From: an uncultured Verrucomicrobiae bacterium
GTDB taxonomy: Bacteria; Verrucomicrobiota; Verrucomicrobiia; Chthoniobacterales; UBA10450
NCBI GenBank assembly: GCA_963756875.1
Contig: CAVWPA010000003.1
Span: 1,440,001 to 1,504,000 of the forward strand
Length of the DNA: 64,000 nucleotides
Direction: 5' to 3'
Under the pieces are notes generated by a model that searched no databases, had not been told where the DNA came from, and saw nothing but the letters and a program-made list of their open reading frames with translations. Below are positions 20,464-31,057 of the stretch, one piece after another (positions within the stretch are counted from its first letter, which is position 1; the number at the start of each line of letters is the position of its first letter). A program made the position numbers and the translations under genes.

Positions 20464-21136
20464 ATGGACATGGAATTAAGAACCGACATCGGTGAAAACG
20501 ACGCAGCATCCGGCCGACTTGGGGGGGAGCTGCGCTGTAACGATCTACTGGCGCAGCTGAAGCAGGAGCTGCGCACACCGCTCAACACTATCATTGGCTT
20601 TGCGGAGCTTCTCGAAGTGCAATGCGACAAAGCCAGTATGACCGACAACGTCAACCAGATCCTAAGAGCCGCACACCGCTCGCTAGACATTATCAACCGG
20701 GAACTCACCCAGCCCAGCCGCGACGCATCGAACGGCACCGCGAACACGCGGTGCGACGTGCTTCACATCGAGGACGATTCGATAAGCTTTGCGTCGGTCA
20801 AACTGCTTCTTCGCAACACGCGCAAACTCAAAGTATTGCAAGCAACCAGCGGCAAGAGCGGCATTAGCCTGGCGCAAACACACACTCCCAAATTGATTCT
20901 GCTCGATCTTAACCTGCCGGACATACATGGATCGGAAGTGATCAAGCAGTTGCAAAAGGAACCGGCGACCGCTCGCATCCCCGTCATTGTGCTCAGCGGG
21001 GATACAACGCCGAGCCAGATCGAACGCATGCTCGTTCTAGGCGCGACGAAATTACGTGACAAAACCTTTCAAGGTTCCCGCGTTCCTCGCTGTAGTGGAC
21101 GAAGTCTTGGAAGAAGAAACCGCCCGCTCGACTTAA
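20464..21136 (+). CDS. HisKA-like + receiver protein lacking HATPase; +1 frameshift near 21050
   Basis: LKQELRTPLNTIIGFAELL (Gln in place of His), then the receiver LHIEDD...LILLDLNLP. Removing one A gives GATNYVTKPF...stop at 21134-21136. Confidence 0.7.
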
Positions 21137-21166
21137 CAAGTCTGCGTGCGCTTATCAACGAGGTGA

Positions 21167-21952
21167 TCAAGCTAAGGCCTGTCGAATCGCGCCAAAAAGC
21201 TCCTCCGCCTCGTATGGCTTCTCGAAATATCCTGCCGCTCCCAATTGTTTTGCCTTTTTGCGGAACTCGGGCTTCTTGCTGGCGGTAAGAAAAATAATCG
21301 GAGTAGGCGTGGGAATGAGGGTCTGAATTTGTTCGGCAACGGAAAAGCCATTGCCGGCGGGCATGGAGATATCCAACAGCACGAGAGCCGGAGGATTGCT
21401 GATGGCGGCGTTCAATCCTGTCAACGCGTCATAAGCCGTGGTAGCCCCATAACCGGCGGCTTTAAGCCGGAGAGCCAGGGTCATCGCGATCTTCTCGTCG
21501 TCTTCGATGATGAGAACCTGCTTGGGCCCCTCATGACCTTCTTTTAGACCCGCGGATGCAGCGGACTTCCGTGCAGCCGATGAGTCCGTGCGATTTAATT
21601 CACGCTCAATGCTGTAGAGCAGTTTTTCGGTGTCGAAAGGTTTCTCGAACAGGCCGATGGCCCCCATGTCCATTACTTTTTGCAGGAGTTCCGGGCTCTT
21701 GGACGCGGTGATGATAATAATCGGCGTTCCTTTGGTTTCGGGCATGTGGTGGAAGGTTTCTGCCAGGTCGAAGCCATTGCCGCCCGGCATGGAAATGTCC
21801 AGGAGGATCAAGTCGGGTTTGACTGTGCGGCCCAGGCTAGCTCCCGTGATCGCATCAGACGCGACCAATGCCGCGTAACGATTTGCTCTGAGTCGAACTT
21901 GCAGAGCCAAGGCGATTTTCTGATCGTCTTCGACAATTAGTATTGTTTTCAT
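21167..21952 (-). CDS. Tandem two-receiver-domain protein
   Basis: Two similar REC domains (ILIVEDD...LLDISMPGGNG...EKPF and VLIIEDD...LLDISMPAGNG...EKPY); no output domain. Confidence 0.9.
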   Translation of the reverse strand: MKTILIVEDDQKIALALQVRLRANRYAALVASDAITGASLGRTVKPDLILLDISMPGGNGFDLAETFHHMPETKGTPIIIITASKSPELLQKVMDMGAIGLFEKPFDTEKLLYSIERELNRTDSSAARKSAASAGLKEGHEGPKQVLIIEDDEKIAMTLALRLKAAGYGATTAYDALTGLNAAISNPPALVLLDISMPAGNGFSVAEQIQTLIPTPTPIIFLTASKKPEFRKKAKQLGAAGYFEKPYEAEELFGAIRQALA

Positions 21953-21955
21953 TTA

Positions 21956-23236
21956 TTAATTCCTTGGCTGAGCGATGCGGATTTGAGTGGGACGACCGGA
22001 GCCGTTGAATGCCGGCTGCTTGGGGATGGTGAATGAAAAAGTGCTGCCAACCCCGAGCGTGCTTTCCACCCAAATGCTTCCCCCGTGTAACAACACCATC
22101 TCGCGGCAAAGATACAACCCCAAGCCGACGCCTTTTTCCGGCGTGGCGTCGCCTTTTTTGATCTGATAAAAACGATGGAAGAGACTGTCGATCTGGTCCT
22201 TTGGAATGCCGCAACCGGTATCTGTGACGGAAATTTGAACGCATTCGGAGCTTTTCGGATCCTCGCCAAGTTTTACGATGACCTTCCCGCCTTCGAACGT
22301 AAATTTTAAGGCATTGTTCACAAGGTTGGTGAGGATTTGCATGATTCGGCTCTCGTCCACCATCACGTCCTTCACCTGAGTGTCGAGCTCCTCACTCAAG
22401 CGGATCTTCTTCCCGGCCGCGACCGGCTCCATGATTGTAATTGCCCGGTGGATGATGGCAGCCAGAGACACAGCCTTTAATTCGATATGCAACTTGCCGG
22501 TGTCCAACCGCGTGGCGTCCAGCAGATCATTTATGTAAACCGCCAATTCGGTGCAGCTTTGCTTGGCGATCCGCAGATAATTCAGTTGGGTCGAGTTCAG
22601 TTCTCCGGCCAGGCCGTCGATTACAATCGAAACGAACTCGCGCGCTGAAGTCAGCGGAGTTTTCAACTCATGCGAAAGAGTGTGATAAAAGTATTGAATC
22701 TCGTCATTTCTCTTCGTGAGGTCGTGGTTGGTCTGTTCCAATTGAGCCTGCATGTCGCGGATCGCCTCTTCCGTGCGCTTGCGCTCGGTGATGTCGCGGA
22801 TGTTGCATTGAATCACTTTCTTGTCACCGGCTTGATACACGTTGCTGACAAATTCCACCGCAATGTGGCGGCCGTCCCTCGTTTCCAGTGGCAGGTCTTC
22901 ATAGCGGACATACCCGTCCTTTTGCAATCGCTCGAGCATCACCTTGTTCGACTCGATGTCCTTGAACGGACTAAGCTCGCCGACGGTTTTGCCGACCATT
23001 TCATCGCGAGAAAAACCCAATAGTTTAACCAGGAAAGGGTTCACATCGTTGATGCCTCCCGTCTCCACGTCCAGAATCAGGATGCCGTCCTGCGCGGCTT
23101 CGAATAACCGCCGATAACTGATTTCGGAGGCGCGTAGCGTCTGTTCAGGCTGTTTGTGCTCGGTGATGTCGGCGCGGATCGCCACGTCTTGACGCGGTTT
23201 ACACTGCTCGTTGAGAAACGTTCCGCTACGATTCAT
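21956..23236 (-). CDS. PAS sensor histidine kinase
   Basis: PAS, TLSHELKTPL, NLVNNALKFT, DTGCGI, GVGLGL. N-terminus is a truncated PAS tail. Confidence 0.9.
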   Translation of the reverse strand: MNRSGTFLNEQCKPRQDVAIRADITEHKQPEQTLRASEISYRRLFEAAQDGILILDVETGGINDVNPFLVKLLGFSRDEMVGKTVGELSPFKDIESNKVMLERLQKDGYVRYEDLPLETRDGRHIAVEFVSNVYQAGDKKVIQCNIRDITERKRTEEAIRDMQAQLEQTNHDLTKRNDEIQYFYHTLSHELKTPLTSAREFVSIVIDGLAGELNSTQLNYLRIAKQSCTELAVYINDLLDATRLDTGKLHIELKAVSLAAIIHRAITIMEPVAAGKKIRLSEELDTQVKDVMVDESRIMQILTNLVNNALKFTFEGGKVIVKLGEDPKSSECVQISVTDTGCGIPKDQIDSLFHRFYQIKKGDATPEKGVGLGLYLCREMVLLHGGSIWVESTLGVGSTFSFTIPKQPAFNGSGRPTQIRIAQPRN

Positions 23237-23391
23237 TGTCCGATTCCCCCACGGCTCCCGCCAACAAGGTGAGAAAACAATTTTTGGGGCGCAGCAAACG
23301 ACGCTAATGCAGAGCTAAAGAACACGGTGACACCGAACAGAGAAAGACCGCTTGCCTTCCAAATCTTCTCTTTCCCTGAACCATTTCGCAT
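23233..23391 (-). CDS. Small 52-aa hydrophobic peptide coupled to the kinase
   Basis: Hand translation MRNGSGKEKIWKASGLSLFGVTVFFSSALASFAAPQKLFSHLVGGSRGGIGQ; TGA overlaps the kinase ATG; starts 12 nt after a promoter-module GC. Confidence 0.4.
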   Translation of the reverse strand: MRNGSGKEKIWKASGLSLFGVTVFFSSALASFAAPQKLFSHLVGGSRGGIGQ

Positions 23392-23402
23392 GCTTCAGAT
23401 GT

Positions 23403-23460
23403 AGCAGCGCGGATGCAACGCATGGGTGCGGCTGAGTACGGAATTTCGCCGGGGAATATT
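23403..23460 (-). promoter_or_regulatory. Island promoter module copy (minus strand)
   Basis: Reverse strand reads AAATTCCGTACTCAGCCGCA...TGCATCCGCGCTGCT. Confidence 0.55.
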
Positions 23461-23820
23461 AGTGAAGCCGATGCTTTTCTGCCGCGTGGGGGCCGTGAGT
23501 CGGACACTCGCTGAGAACCAAAGCGATTCACCACAATATCTTCCAGCTGCGGACTCTCGTAACCATTAGAATCTTGCCGAGACCGTCAAGATCAAAGGCT
23601 GTTAGAGGTAAATCGATCAAACAGCACCTTGTCGCTGTGAGAGCGGCTGGCCTTCTCGTGGCGAGGAGCCGCGAAATCTTGGAGAAAACCGTCCGCTCGA
23701 ACTGGAAAGTCTTCGGTCGGTCGCGCAATTCGCGACACAAATCATAGCGGTTTAGGGTTGCTTGCCGGCCGTTTGCTACGGCCCAAAACAGATCACGTTA
23801 ACCGAGGGAGCCGGCCCCGC

Positions 23821-23881
23821 TCTGTATTCTCCGCAAGGGAAAATGCGCATTCTCCGGCGCGATCCGCGCATTGGCGCTGCT
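23821..23881 (+). promoter_or_regulatory. Island promoter module copy
   Basis: TCTGTA-TTC-TCCGCA (23821), TGCGCA-TTC-TCCGGC (23844), CGCATTGGCGCTGCT (23867); AAAATGCGCATTCTCCGGCGC is identical to the copies at ~31732 and ~34057. Confidence 0.65.
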
Positions 23882-23929
23882 CACGAAGAACGGCGTGATG
23901 GAGAATGAATTCAGGGAAAGACGTGTGCA

Positions 23930-24571
23930 GTGAAGATTAAACTTGGTCCTTTTTGGCAATCATCCTCAAAGCTGAACGGTCTGGCGCCGATCCAAAAACC
24001 GTTCGCCCGAGGCTACATGATCCCGATGCCTGAGCATTGGACGAAGTCGCTCGCGAATCCAAGTGCAGGAATCACAGCGCCGGCGCTCACCCCCTTGTGC
24101 CCCAGCTCGGGTGGCATACCGATCCTCATCGCGGAAGACGATCCAAATTCTCGCCTCATCTTGAAAGCTACGCTGGAGAAAGCCGGCTATGATCCGCTTA
24201 TCGCCGGCGATGGACTAGAAGCCATGGCCGCCTTGCGCGGACCGAATGCGCCAAACATCGCGGTCTTGGATTGGAAGATGCCAGGAATGGACGGCTTGGA
24301 AGTCTGCCGTCGCGTGCGCGACCTGAACAAAGTGGTCTATGTTATTTTTCTCACCGCTCTCGCGACCACGGAGAACCTGGTCGAAGCGCTCGAGGCCGGG
24401 GCTGATGATTATCTTACCAAACCATTTAAGAGCGCCGAGTTGATCGCGCGCATTCACGTCGGTCTTCGCGTCGTTAATTTGCAAAAGGCATTGGACTATC
24501 ACGTCAAAGAACTCGAGAAAGCTTTGCTGGAAATAAAGGAATTACGCCGCGAGGACGCCAATTTGCTGTAA
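23930..24571 (+). CDS. Receiver protein with C-terminal coiled coil (PleD-N-terminus-like, no GGDEF)
   Basis: ILIAEDD, VLDWKMPGMDG, GADDYLTKPF, ARIHVGLR. Start uncertain (alternatives 24017/24026). Confidence 0.85.
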   Translation: MKIKLGPFWQSSSKLNGLAPIQKPFARGYMIPMPEHWTKSLANPSAGITAPALTPLCPSSGGIPILIAEDDPNSRLILKATLEKAGYDPLIAGDGLEAMAALRGPNAPNIAVLDWKMPGMDGLEVCRRVRDLNKVVYVIFLTALATTENLVEALEAGADDYLTKPFKSAELIARIHVGLRVVNLQKALDYHVKELEKALLEIKELRREDANLL

Positions 24572-24646
24572 CTGTCCTGCCAACCGCCCAATCGGAATGT
24601 CAACCCAGCGCGGGCGCCGCAATCATCTCGAGGGCACGTCGACTTT

Positions 24647-25258
24647 ATGAAAATTCTGATCGCCGAGGATGACGCTGTTGCCTCAAGTGTCCTCGAACTG
24701 GCTCTTGAACGGATGGGTTACGAACTCGTGGTCACACGTAGCGGAACCGAAGCGTGGGAAACCTTTGATCGTGACCCGGTGCGGGTGGTGGTGAGTGATT
24801 GGATGATGCCCGGGATCGACGGCCTGGAATTTTGTCGCAAGGTACGAGCGCGTCCCCAGACGCCTTACACGTACTTCATTCTCCTGACCGTGCTGACGAC
24901 GACACCGGAGAACTACAATCTGGCTACCAAAGCGGGCGTTGACGATTTTCTGACCAAGCCCGTGGACCGTTCCGCCATTCAATTGCGGCTCCGCGTTGCT
25001 GATCGAATTCTCTGGTTTACCAAAGAGGTTCGCCAGCTCAAGCGATTGATCCCCATTTGTTCCCGCTGCCGCAAAATAAACACCGGCGAACAGTTCTGGC
25101 AACAGTTCGAGACTTACATCGAGCAGCAAACCGGATCGGAATTCAGCCATGGTCTCTGCCCGCAGTGCATGGAAGTCGAAATGGCGAACCTAAACGCGGA
25201 GTCTGCCTTGTCGAAGACTCAGGGAGACTCGACCGCCAAAGCGGTGCGGCATCCGTAA
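24647..25258 (+). CDS. Receiver protein with C-terminal Cys/His putative zinc-binding module
   Basis: MKILIAEDD...SDWMMPGIDG...DDFLTKP, then IPICSRCRKI...SHGLCPQC. Confidence 0.88.
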   Translation: MKILIAEDDAVASSVLELALERMGYELVVTRSGTEAWETFDRDPVRVVVSDWMMPGIDGLEFCRKVRARPQTPYTYFILLTVLTTTPENYNLATKAGVDDFLTKPVDRSAIQLRLRVADRILWFTKEVRQLKRLIPICSRCRKINTGEQFWQQFETYIEQQTGSEFSHGLCPQCMEVEMANLNAESALSKTQGDSTAKAVRHP

Positions 25259-25407
25259 TTGTCGCATGCCCAATTGCGGGTTTCCCGCTGGTCTCAAAGG
25301 CATGCGGGTGGCTCTTCGTACATGCCGCGATCGCATTCTCCACGGCACCCGGACCGCGCCGATGCGTTTCACGGCGAATTGCGGTCGTGCAGGAATGAAA
25401 AAGTCCC

Positions 25408-28400
25408 ATGCAGAGTGAGGCCACAGAGAATTTTCCAGATCGGCCCGGGCTGAAGCCGACGAGCATCCGCCAGTTACCGGCGCAACTGACAGAGTTACGG
25501 TTGCCCGTAAATCAGACTGAAATGGAGCGATTGTCACCCCAACAAAACATGGCTAGTGATGATGCGATAACGGCCATCCGCTTTCCGATCAGGCTTCTCG
25601 CCGTCGCTTGTCTCCTGACGATCATGGCTTTCGCCTGGTTTGGCTGGGCTATTTTCGATGCGCGGCTCGATGTGAAAATACTCACCAACCGGCTTTCGCG
25701 AATCGAAAAACTCCAAGGCGTCATCGTCCATCTTGACGAGGTGTTGACCATGTCCGCGCGCATGGCAGCGGCCACGGGAGATTCGCGGTGGGAAGAGCGG
25801 TATCGTCATTTCGAGCCTCAATTGGATACCGCAATCAAAGAAGTAACAAAAATTGAAACTAACCCCTCCGACGTCAACGCCGCGACCAGAACAGATGAGG
25901 CGAACAGCAAGTTGGTGGAAATGGAAGATCGCGCCTTTGCTTTGGTTCGCGCCGGCCGCAAGGAGGAGGCACAGACTGTTTTGTTAAGTCCCGAATACCA
26001 GGCGCAGAAGAAAATCTACGCGGAAGGAATAAAGTCGTTCACCAACCAAATCAGGCAGGAGTTTGATGGAAGTTTGCGAAACGACCAGCGCATTGATTTA
26101 CTTTCAATACTCGGTGCTGTGGCGGTCGGTGGGACATCGTTGGTGGCCTGGTTATCGGCGGCGCGCGGCATGCGACGATGGCGCGCCCAATTATTGGATA
26201 GCTTCCACCGACGCGCAGAGGCGGAGGATAATCTGCGCAAGGCTCATGCGAAACTGGAGGTGCGAGTCAAGGAGCGCACGGCCGAGCTGTCGAACGCGAA
26301 TGAAGCGTTGCAGGCGGAAAATTCCGAGCGAAAGCGAGCGGAAGAAACCTTGCGCGCCAGTGATGAGAAATTCCGTCAGCTGGCGGAAAACATCACTGAC
26401 GTGTTCTGGATGACGTCGCCCGACATGCAACGGACTTACTATGTCAGTCCTGCCTACCAAGACATTTGGGGTCGTTCGGTGGAGCGCTTGTATGCACATC
26501 CGCGGGAGTGGGCCGAAGCGATCCTGCCCGAAGACCGTGAACACGCATTGACCACGCTCGGCGAGCTCGCGGACAAACCCAGTGTCAGCGTAGAGTTTCG
26601 GATCGCTCGTCCGAACGGCGATGTGCGCTGGATCCTAAGCCGAGGCTTTCAAGTTCGAGACGTGGAGGGCAAGGTGATTCGCATCACAGGCGTCTCCACC
26701 GACATCACGAAGCTTAAGCGCGTCACGGGGGAGTTGCATAAGGCCAAGGAAATAGCGGAGTCCGCGACGCATGCCAAAAGCGAGTTCCTCGCGAGCATGA
26801 GCCATGAAATCCGCACTCCTATGAACGGCGTCATTGGCATGACGAATCTGTTGCTCGACTCAGAACTATCCGACGACCAACGCTATTATGCCGAAGCGAT
26901 CTCCGGGAGTGGTGAAGCGTTGCTGTCGATCATCAATGATATTCTCGATTTTTCCAAGATTGAAGCGGACAAACTTTCTTTTGAGACACTCAATTTTGAT
27001 TTATATGAAGCGGTTGAGGGTTGCCTGGAACTGGTCGCTCAGCGCGCGCAGAGCAAGGGGCTGGAAATTGCGAGTCTGGTCGAGTCCAACGTGCCGGCGC
27101 AACTCCGGGGTGACCCCGGCCGTTTGCGTCAGGTGCTCACCAATTTGGTTGATAATGCCATCAAGTTCACCGAGCGCGGCGAAGTCGTGGTAAAGGTCTC
27201 GCTGGAAGGCCAGACCGATGCGGATGTCCTGCTGCGTTTTGAGGTCAAAGACACCGGGATTGGAATCTCGTCCGAGGCGCAAAAGCGGCTCTTTCAGCCG
27301 TTCAGTCAGGCGGATGGCTCCACCACCCGGAAGTACGGCGGTACCGGTTTGGGCCTCGCCATCTCCAAGCAACTGGTCGAGCTCATGCAGGGCCAGGTCG
27401 GAGTCAAAAGCGCTCCAGGCGAAGGCTCGGTCTTTTGGTTTACGGCCAGGCTAGCCCGGCAGCCCGAAGGCGTGCAGAGCCCCTCTATTATTAGAGGTGA
27501 CCTGTTCAATTTGCATGTGCTCATCGTGGACGATAACGAGACGAATCGGCAAATTCTGGAGCATCAAACACGTGCGTGGAAGATGCGCAGCCATGCGGTA
27601 GTGAGTGCGGCCGAGGCACTCGATGAGTTACAGAGAGCCCATGCAGCGGGCGATCCGTACCAGCTTGCTCTGCTCGATTTTCACATGCCAGGAACGGATG
27701 GATTGGCATTAGCGAAAGGCATCAGAGCGGAAGGCAGGCTGGCCAATATTCAACTCGTGCTTCTCTCGTCGATGGGAGGCCGGCTCAACGCGGAGGAACT
27801 GAAGGCCGCGGGCATTGACGATTGTCTGGCGAAGCCGATCAAACAATCCCTTCTCTTTGATTGTCTGGCCACGCTGATCGGCGACGCGACCGCCGGACCG
27901 GCCACTAAGGCAAGAAAAGTTTCGCCCGTCCCGCCTTTGCCCGTTCCCGTGAACCAAGAATTTCGCATCCTTCTGGCTGAGGACAACATCGTGAACCAGG
28001 AAGTTGGCCAGGGATTGCTGCGCAAGCTTGGTTATCGTGCCGACGCCGTGGCGAACGGCAGTGAAGTATTGGAAGCGTTGCACCGCATTCGTTACGACGT
28101 CGTTTTGATGGACTGCCAGATGCCTGAGCTCGACGGCTATGAAGCGACGCGCCGCATCCGGCAATTCGAACAGAAGCGCACGACGCCATTTGATTGGAAA
28201 GCGCCCGTCCACATCATCGCGATGACCGCGAACGCCATGCAAGGCGACCGGGAAAAATGTCTGGCGGCCGGGATGAACGATTACCTGGGCAAACCGGTGC
28301 GCCGGAACGAGCTGAAAGCGGCGCTGGAGCGATGGAGCACAACTACGTCCACTCGACCCTCCACCACGCCATCAGCCCCGACTCAACCCCAAAGACCTCC

Positions 28401-28779
28401 GCGTTCGCCTCGCGAATCACGGGTCGTTGTCCCATATCTCGACACCGATCACTTGCGCGATGCCACGGACAATGAGCCAGCCAGGATGAGACGGCTGATC
28501 AATCTTTATTTGACCCAAGCCGCTCCGATGCTGGATGAACTGGGAGCAGCCATTCAGAGCAACTCAGGTCAAGAGATCACGCGTCTCGCCCACAAGTTGG
28601 TTGGCTCGAGCATTTCCTGCGGAGTGGGGGCGCTCACGCACCCTCTGCGCGAGTTGGAGCAACTTGGCCGAGGCGGCGATCTCTCCCGGGCAAACGCGTT
28701 ATTCGACGATATCCGTCACAAATTTCCGGGAGTCCAGAGTGCCTTCGATCAATTTCTCCAAACCATCCCGAGCTACTGA
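25408..28779 (+). CDS. Membrane-bound unorthodox hybrid kinase (2 TM, PAS, HisKA, HATPase, 2 REC, Hpt)
   Basis: Two hydrophobic spans; [28 protein letters not shown]; two receivers; Hpt LAHKLVGSS. Start uncertain. Confidence 0.93.
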   Translation: MQSEATENFPDRPGLKPTSIRQLPAQLTELRLPVNQTEMERLSPQQNMASDDAITAIRFPIRLLAVACLLTIMAFAWFGWAIFDARLDVKILTNRLSRIEKLQGVIVHLDEVLTMSARMAAATGDSRWEERYRHFEPQLDTAIKEVTKIETNPSDVNAATRTDEANSKLVEMEDRAFALVRAGRKEEAQTVLLSPEYQAQKKIYAEGIKSFTNQIRQEFDGSLRNDQRIDLLSILGAVAVGGTSLVAWLSAARGMRRWRAQLLDSFHRRAEAEDNLRKAHAKLEVRVKERTAELSNANEALQAENSERKRAEETLRASDEKFRQLAENITDVFWMTSPDMQRTYYVSPAYQDIWGRSVERLYAHPREWAEAILPEDREHALTTLGELADKPSVSVEFRIARPNGDVRWILSRGFQVRDVEGKVIRITGVSTDITKLKRVTGELHKAKEIAESATHAKSEFLASMSHEIRTPMNGVIGMTNLLLDSELSDDQRYYAEAISGSGEALLSIINDILDFSKIEADKLSFETLNFDLYEAVEGCLELVAQRAQSKGLEIASLVESNVPAQLRGDPGRLRQVLTNLVDNAIKFTERGEVVVKVSLEGQTDADVLLRFEVKDTGIGISSEAQKRLFQPFSQADGSTTRKYGGTGLGLAISKQLVELMQGQVGVKSAPGEGSVFWFTARLARQPEGVQSPSIIRGDLFNLHVLIVDDNETNRQILEHQTRAWKMRSHAVVSAAEALDELQRAHAAGDPYQLALLDFHMPGTDGLALAKGIRAEGRLANIQLVLLSSMGGRLNAEELKAAGIDDCLAKPIKQSLLFDCLATLIGDATAGPATKARKVSPVPPLPVPVNQEFRILLAEDNIVNQEVGQGLLRKLGYRADAVANGSEVLEALHRIRYDVVLMDCQMPELDGYEATRRIRQFEQKRTTPFDWKAPVHIIAMTANAMQGDREKCLAAGMNDYLGKPVRRNELKAALERWSTTTSTRPSTTPSAPTQPQRPPRSPRESRVVVPYLDTDHLRDATDNEPARMRRLINLYLTQAAPMLDELGAAIQSNSGQEITRLAHKLVGSSISCGVGALTHPLRELEQLGRGGDLSRANALFDDIRHKFPGVQSAFDQFLQTIPSY

Positions 28780-28790
28780 TCCATAATCTA

Positions 28791-30656
28791 ATGAAAAGAA
28801 TTTATACTCCTACGAAATGCAAGAGGGTCCTCATCGTGGACGACGATCAGGTTGTAGCAGGCATTTACCAAAACAAATTGCAGAGCGAACGATTTGAGGT
28901 GGAGGTGTCTTGTGACAGCAGGCACGTCTTGCGAATGCTGGAGATGGAGCCGTTTGACCTCGTGATTCTCGATCTCTCCGTGTCGGAAATGCGTGGAATG
29001 CAAGTTCTCAACGCCATTCGTTCCCAACCAGGAGCCGACGCATTACCGCTTATTGTTTTTTTGAATCCTTATCTCAGCAGCCAGGTCAACACAGCCAGAG
29101 AAGCAAAAGCGACAAGACATGTTACCAAATCCGATTGCACGCCGGATCAGATGATGGCGATGGTGCGCGAGGTTCTCGCGATTCGTCCCTTCAGCACTGC
29201 CGCTGATCATGATGCCGATGGAGCACGGTCGGCCCGGTCTAAGACGGAGTTTCAAACACAACTGGCCGCTACCTTTTTTAATAATGCGGCGCAAAGAATC
29301 AGGGAATTGCGCGCGGGTTATCACACCTTCGTCAACGCCGAGCAGGAAAAGCAGCGCCTGAGTTATCTTTTCGAAATGTATCGTCAGGCTCGATTGCTCG
29401 CCAGCGCGGCCGGCGTTGGTGGCTTGCGTAAAATTGCCCGACTAACCACCGCCCTGGAGGCGCTTCTCCTTCAACTGCATGATAAGCCAGCCGGCATCAC
29501 GTCTTCGTCCATCCGGACGATCGCGCAAGCCTTGGACTTGTTGGCGGCCTTGTTCGAGCTGGGCGCCGGCCTTGAATCGGAAGTTTTGGTTTCGCCCGCG
29601 ATTCTCGTTGTGGACGACGAGGTCATTTCGCGCGAGGCGATTTATTCCGCGATTGAGAGAGCCAGCTTGGGCGCCATCGTCCTGGATGATTCAGTGAAAG
29701 CTGAGGACTTCCTGAAGAAAACGCATTTCGATCTTATTTTCCTGGACGTCGAAATGCCGGGGTTAAGCGGCCTGGATCTTTGCGCCAAAATCCGGAAGAT
29801 GGCCACCAATCACGCCACGCCGGTCGTCTTTGTCACGGCCCACACCGATTTCGAGAGCCGGGCCCAATCGAGTTTATCCGGTGGGGACGATTTCATCGCC
29901 AAACCATTCCTCTTAGGCGAACTGGCGGTTAAAGCATTGACCTGGCTGTTCAAAAAAGAACTGGATCCGGTTTCAATGATGAATGACGCGCCCGGCAAAA
30001 AGAACGTTGCCCACCCACGAGGTACTCAAAGCTGTGGCGGGCTAGCCCAATCTCCGCGTATTCCCCTAACCATTTTTAACATTGTGAAATCTGCCTCGAT
30101 CCATCTCGATCCCACGGATATACCATTTGCGCCGTCCTGGGGATCCCTTCCAGAAGGCCGGAGCAAAGAGTCTTCGATCGCCTCGTCGATTGACAAGACG
30201 GTGCCGATAGTCATAGCGGACGACGATCCGGTCTCGCGGGAACTGATTTCCGCAGTCGTGAGCAAATGGGGCTTTCGCAGCATCCTGACGCAGGACGGGC
30301 GCGAGGCGATGTCAGCCATTCGTGCCGAGGAAGGCCCAGTGGTCGCAATTCTCGACTGGATGATGCCCGGGATGGACGGCCTGCAAGTCTGTCGGCGCGT
30401 TCGAGAGAGTGGCAAGCCGGTGCACATCATTTTGCTGACGGCGCGCGCGGCCAAGGAAAGTCTCGTGGAAGGTCTTGAGAGCGGGGCGGATGACTACCTT
30501 GTCAAGCCGTTCGATAAAGACGAATTACTGGCGCGCATTCACGTCGGCCTTCGCGTTCTCAATTTGCAAAACGCGTTGGAAGACCGGGTCCAAGAGCTCG
30601 AGAAGGCTCTGCTCGAGATAAAAGATCTGCGCAGTCACTTTTCTGTTCCGTTGTAG
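28791..30656 (+). CDS. Multi-receiver protein: atypical REC - His-less Hpt-like - REC - REC
   Basis: VLIVDDD; Hpt-like helix ARLLASAAG; ILVVDDE...FLDVEMP; last REC is paralogous to 23930..24571 (ARIHVGLRV.NLQ.AL...ELEKALLEIK.LR). Confidence 0.82.
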   Translation: MKRIYTPTKCKRVLIVDDDQVVAGIYQNKLQSERFEVEVSCDSRHVLRMLEMEPFDLVILDLSVSEMRGMQVLNAIRSQPGADALPLIVFLNPYLSSQVNTAREAKATRHVTKSDCTPDQMMAMVREVLAIRPFSTAADHDADGARSARSKTEFQTQLAATFFNNAAQRIRELRAGYHTFVNAEQEKQRLSYLFEMYRQARLLASAAGVGGLRKIARLTTALEALLLQLHDKPAGITSSSIRTIAQALDLLAALFELGAGLESEVLVSPAILVVDDEVISREAIYSAIERASLGAIVLDDSVKAEDFLKKTHFDLIFLDVEMPGLSGLDLCAKIRKMATNHATPVVFVTAHTDFESRAQSSLSGGDDFIAKPFLLGELAVKALTWLFKKELDPVSMMNDAPGKKNVAHPRGTQSCGGLAQSPRIPLTIFNIVKSASIHLDPTDIPFAPSWGSLPEGRSKESSIASSIDKTVPIVIADDDPVSRELISAVVSKWGFRSILTQDGREAMSAIRAEEGPVVAILDWMMPGMDGLQVCRRVRESGKPVHIILLTARAAKESLVEGLESGADDYLVKPFDKDELLARIHVGLRVLNLQNALEDRVQELEKALLEIKDLRSHFSVPL

Positions 30657-30774
30657 CCGAATCACTTTCCTCGTTTGGAATTCTGATTGCATTTCTCAAT
30701 CAGTCTTTCGATCACTGCTGATGGGCAAAGCGCACGCACACGCAGCGAAATGGCTCCGACGGTCCCCACGGCGA

Positions 30775-30846
30775 TAGGCGTTTGCCGCATGCTGTAATAC
30801 GTATTTGTCGCAGTTTTATCGTGTGGAACAAGGCCAAGGACTTGCT
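30775..30846 (+). promoter_or_regulatory. Island promoter module copy with canonical GG-N10-GC
   Basis: TAGGCG-TTT-GCCGCA (30775), TACGTA-TTT-GTCGCA (30798), GGCCAAGGACTTGCT (30832). Confidence 0.55.
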
Positions 30847-30913
30847 GCATTCGAGTGTCATGAGCTCCACATATACGCTTTTGGTTCGCTCGAAAGAAAA
30901 GGGACGAAGCATC

Positions 30914-31057
30914 ATGGAAATCGTGGTTTACGCGCTCTTTACTTTGAGCGCGGTCATTTCGATTTGGCAATTTATCCGGCCACCAAATTCTCTGCCGATT
31001 CACGGAATAACCACGTTAGATCAGGGGCGCATTCCGGTCGTTGCTCTGAAAAAATGA
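30914..31057 (+). CDS. Small 47-aa membrane peptide
   Basis: MEIVVYALFTLSAVISIWQFIRPP...; one hydrophobic span; ATGA overlap with the next gene. Confidence 0.4.
   Translation: MEIVVYALFTLSAVISIWQFIRPPNSLPIHGITTLDQGRIPVVALKK

Noticed and set aside
25315..25357. Eighth copy of the island promoter module upstream of the membrane kinase
   Set aside because: Box-like sequences and a GG-N10-GC (25344) exist, but the spacing differs and the -12 TGCT is missing; too weak to count.
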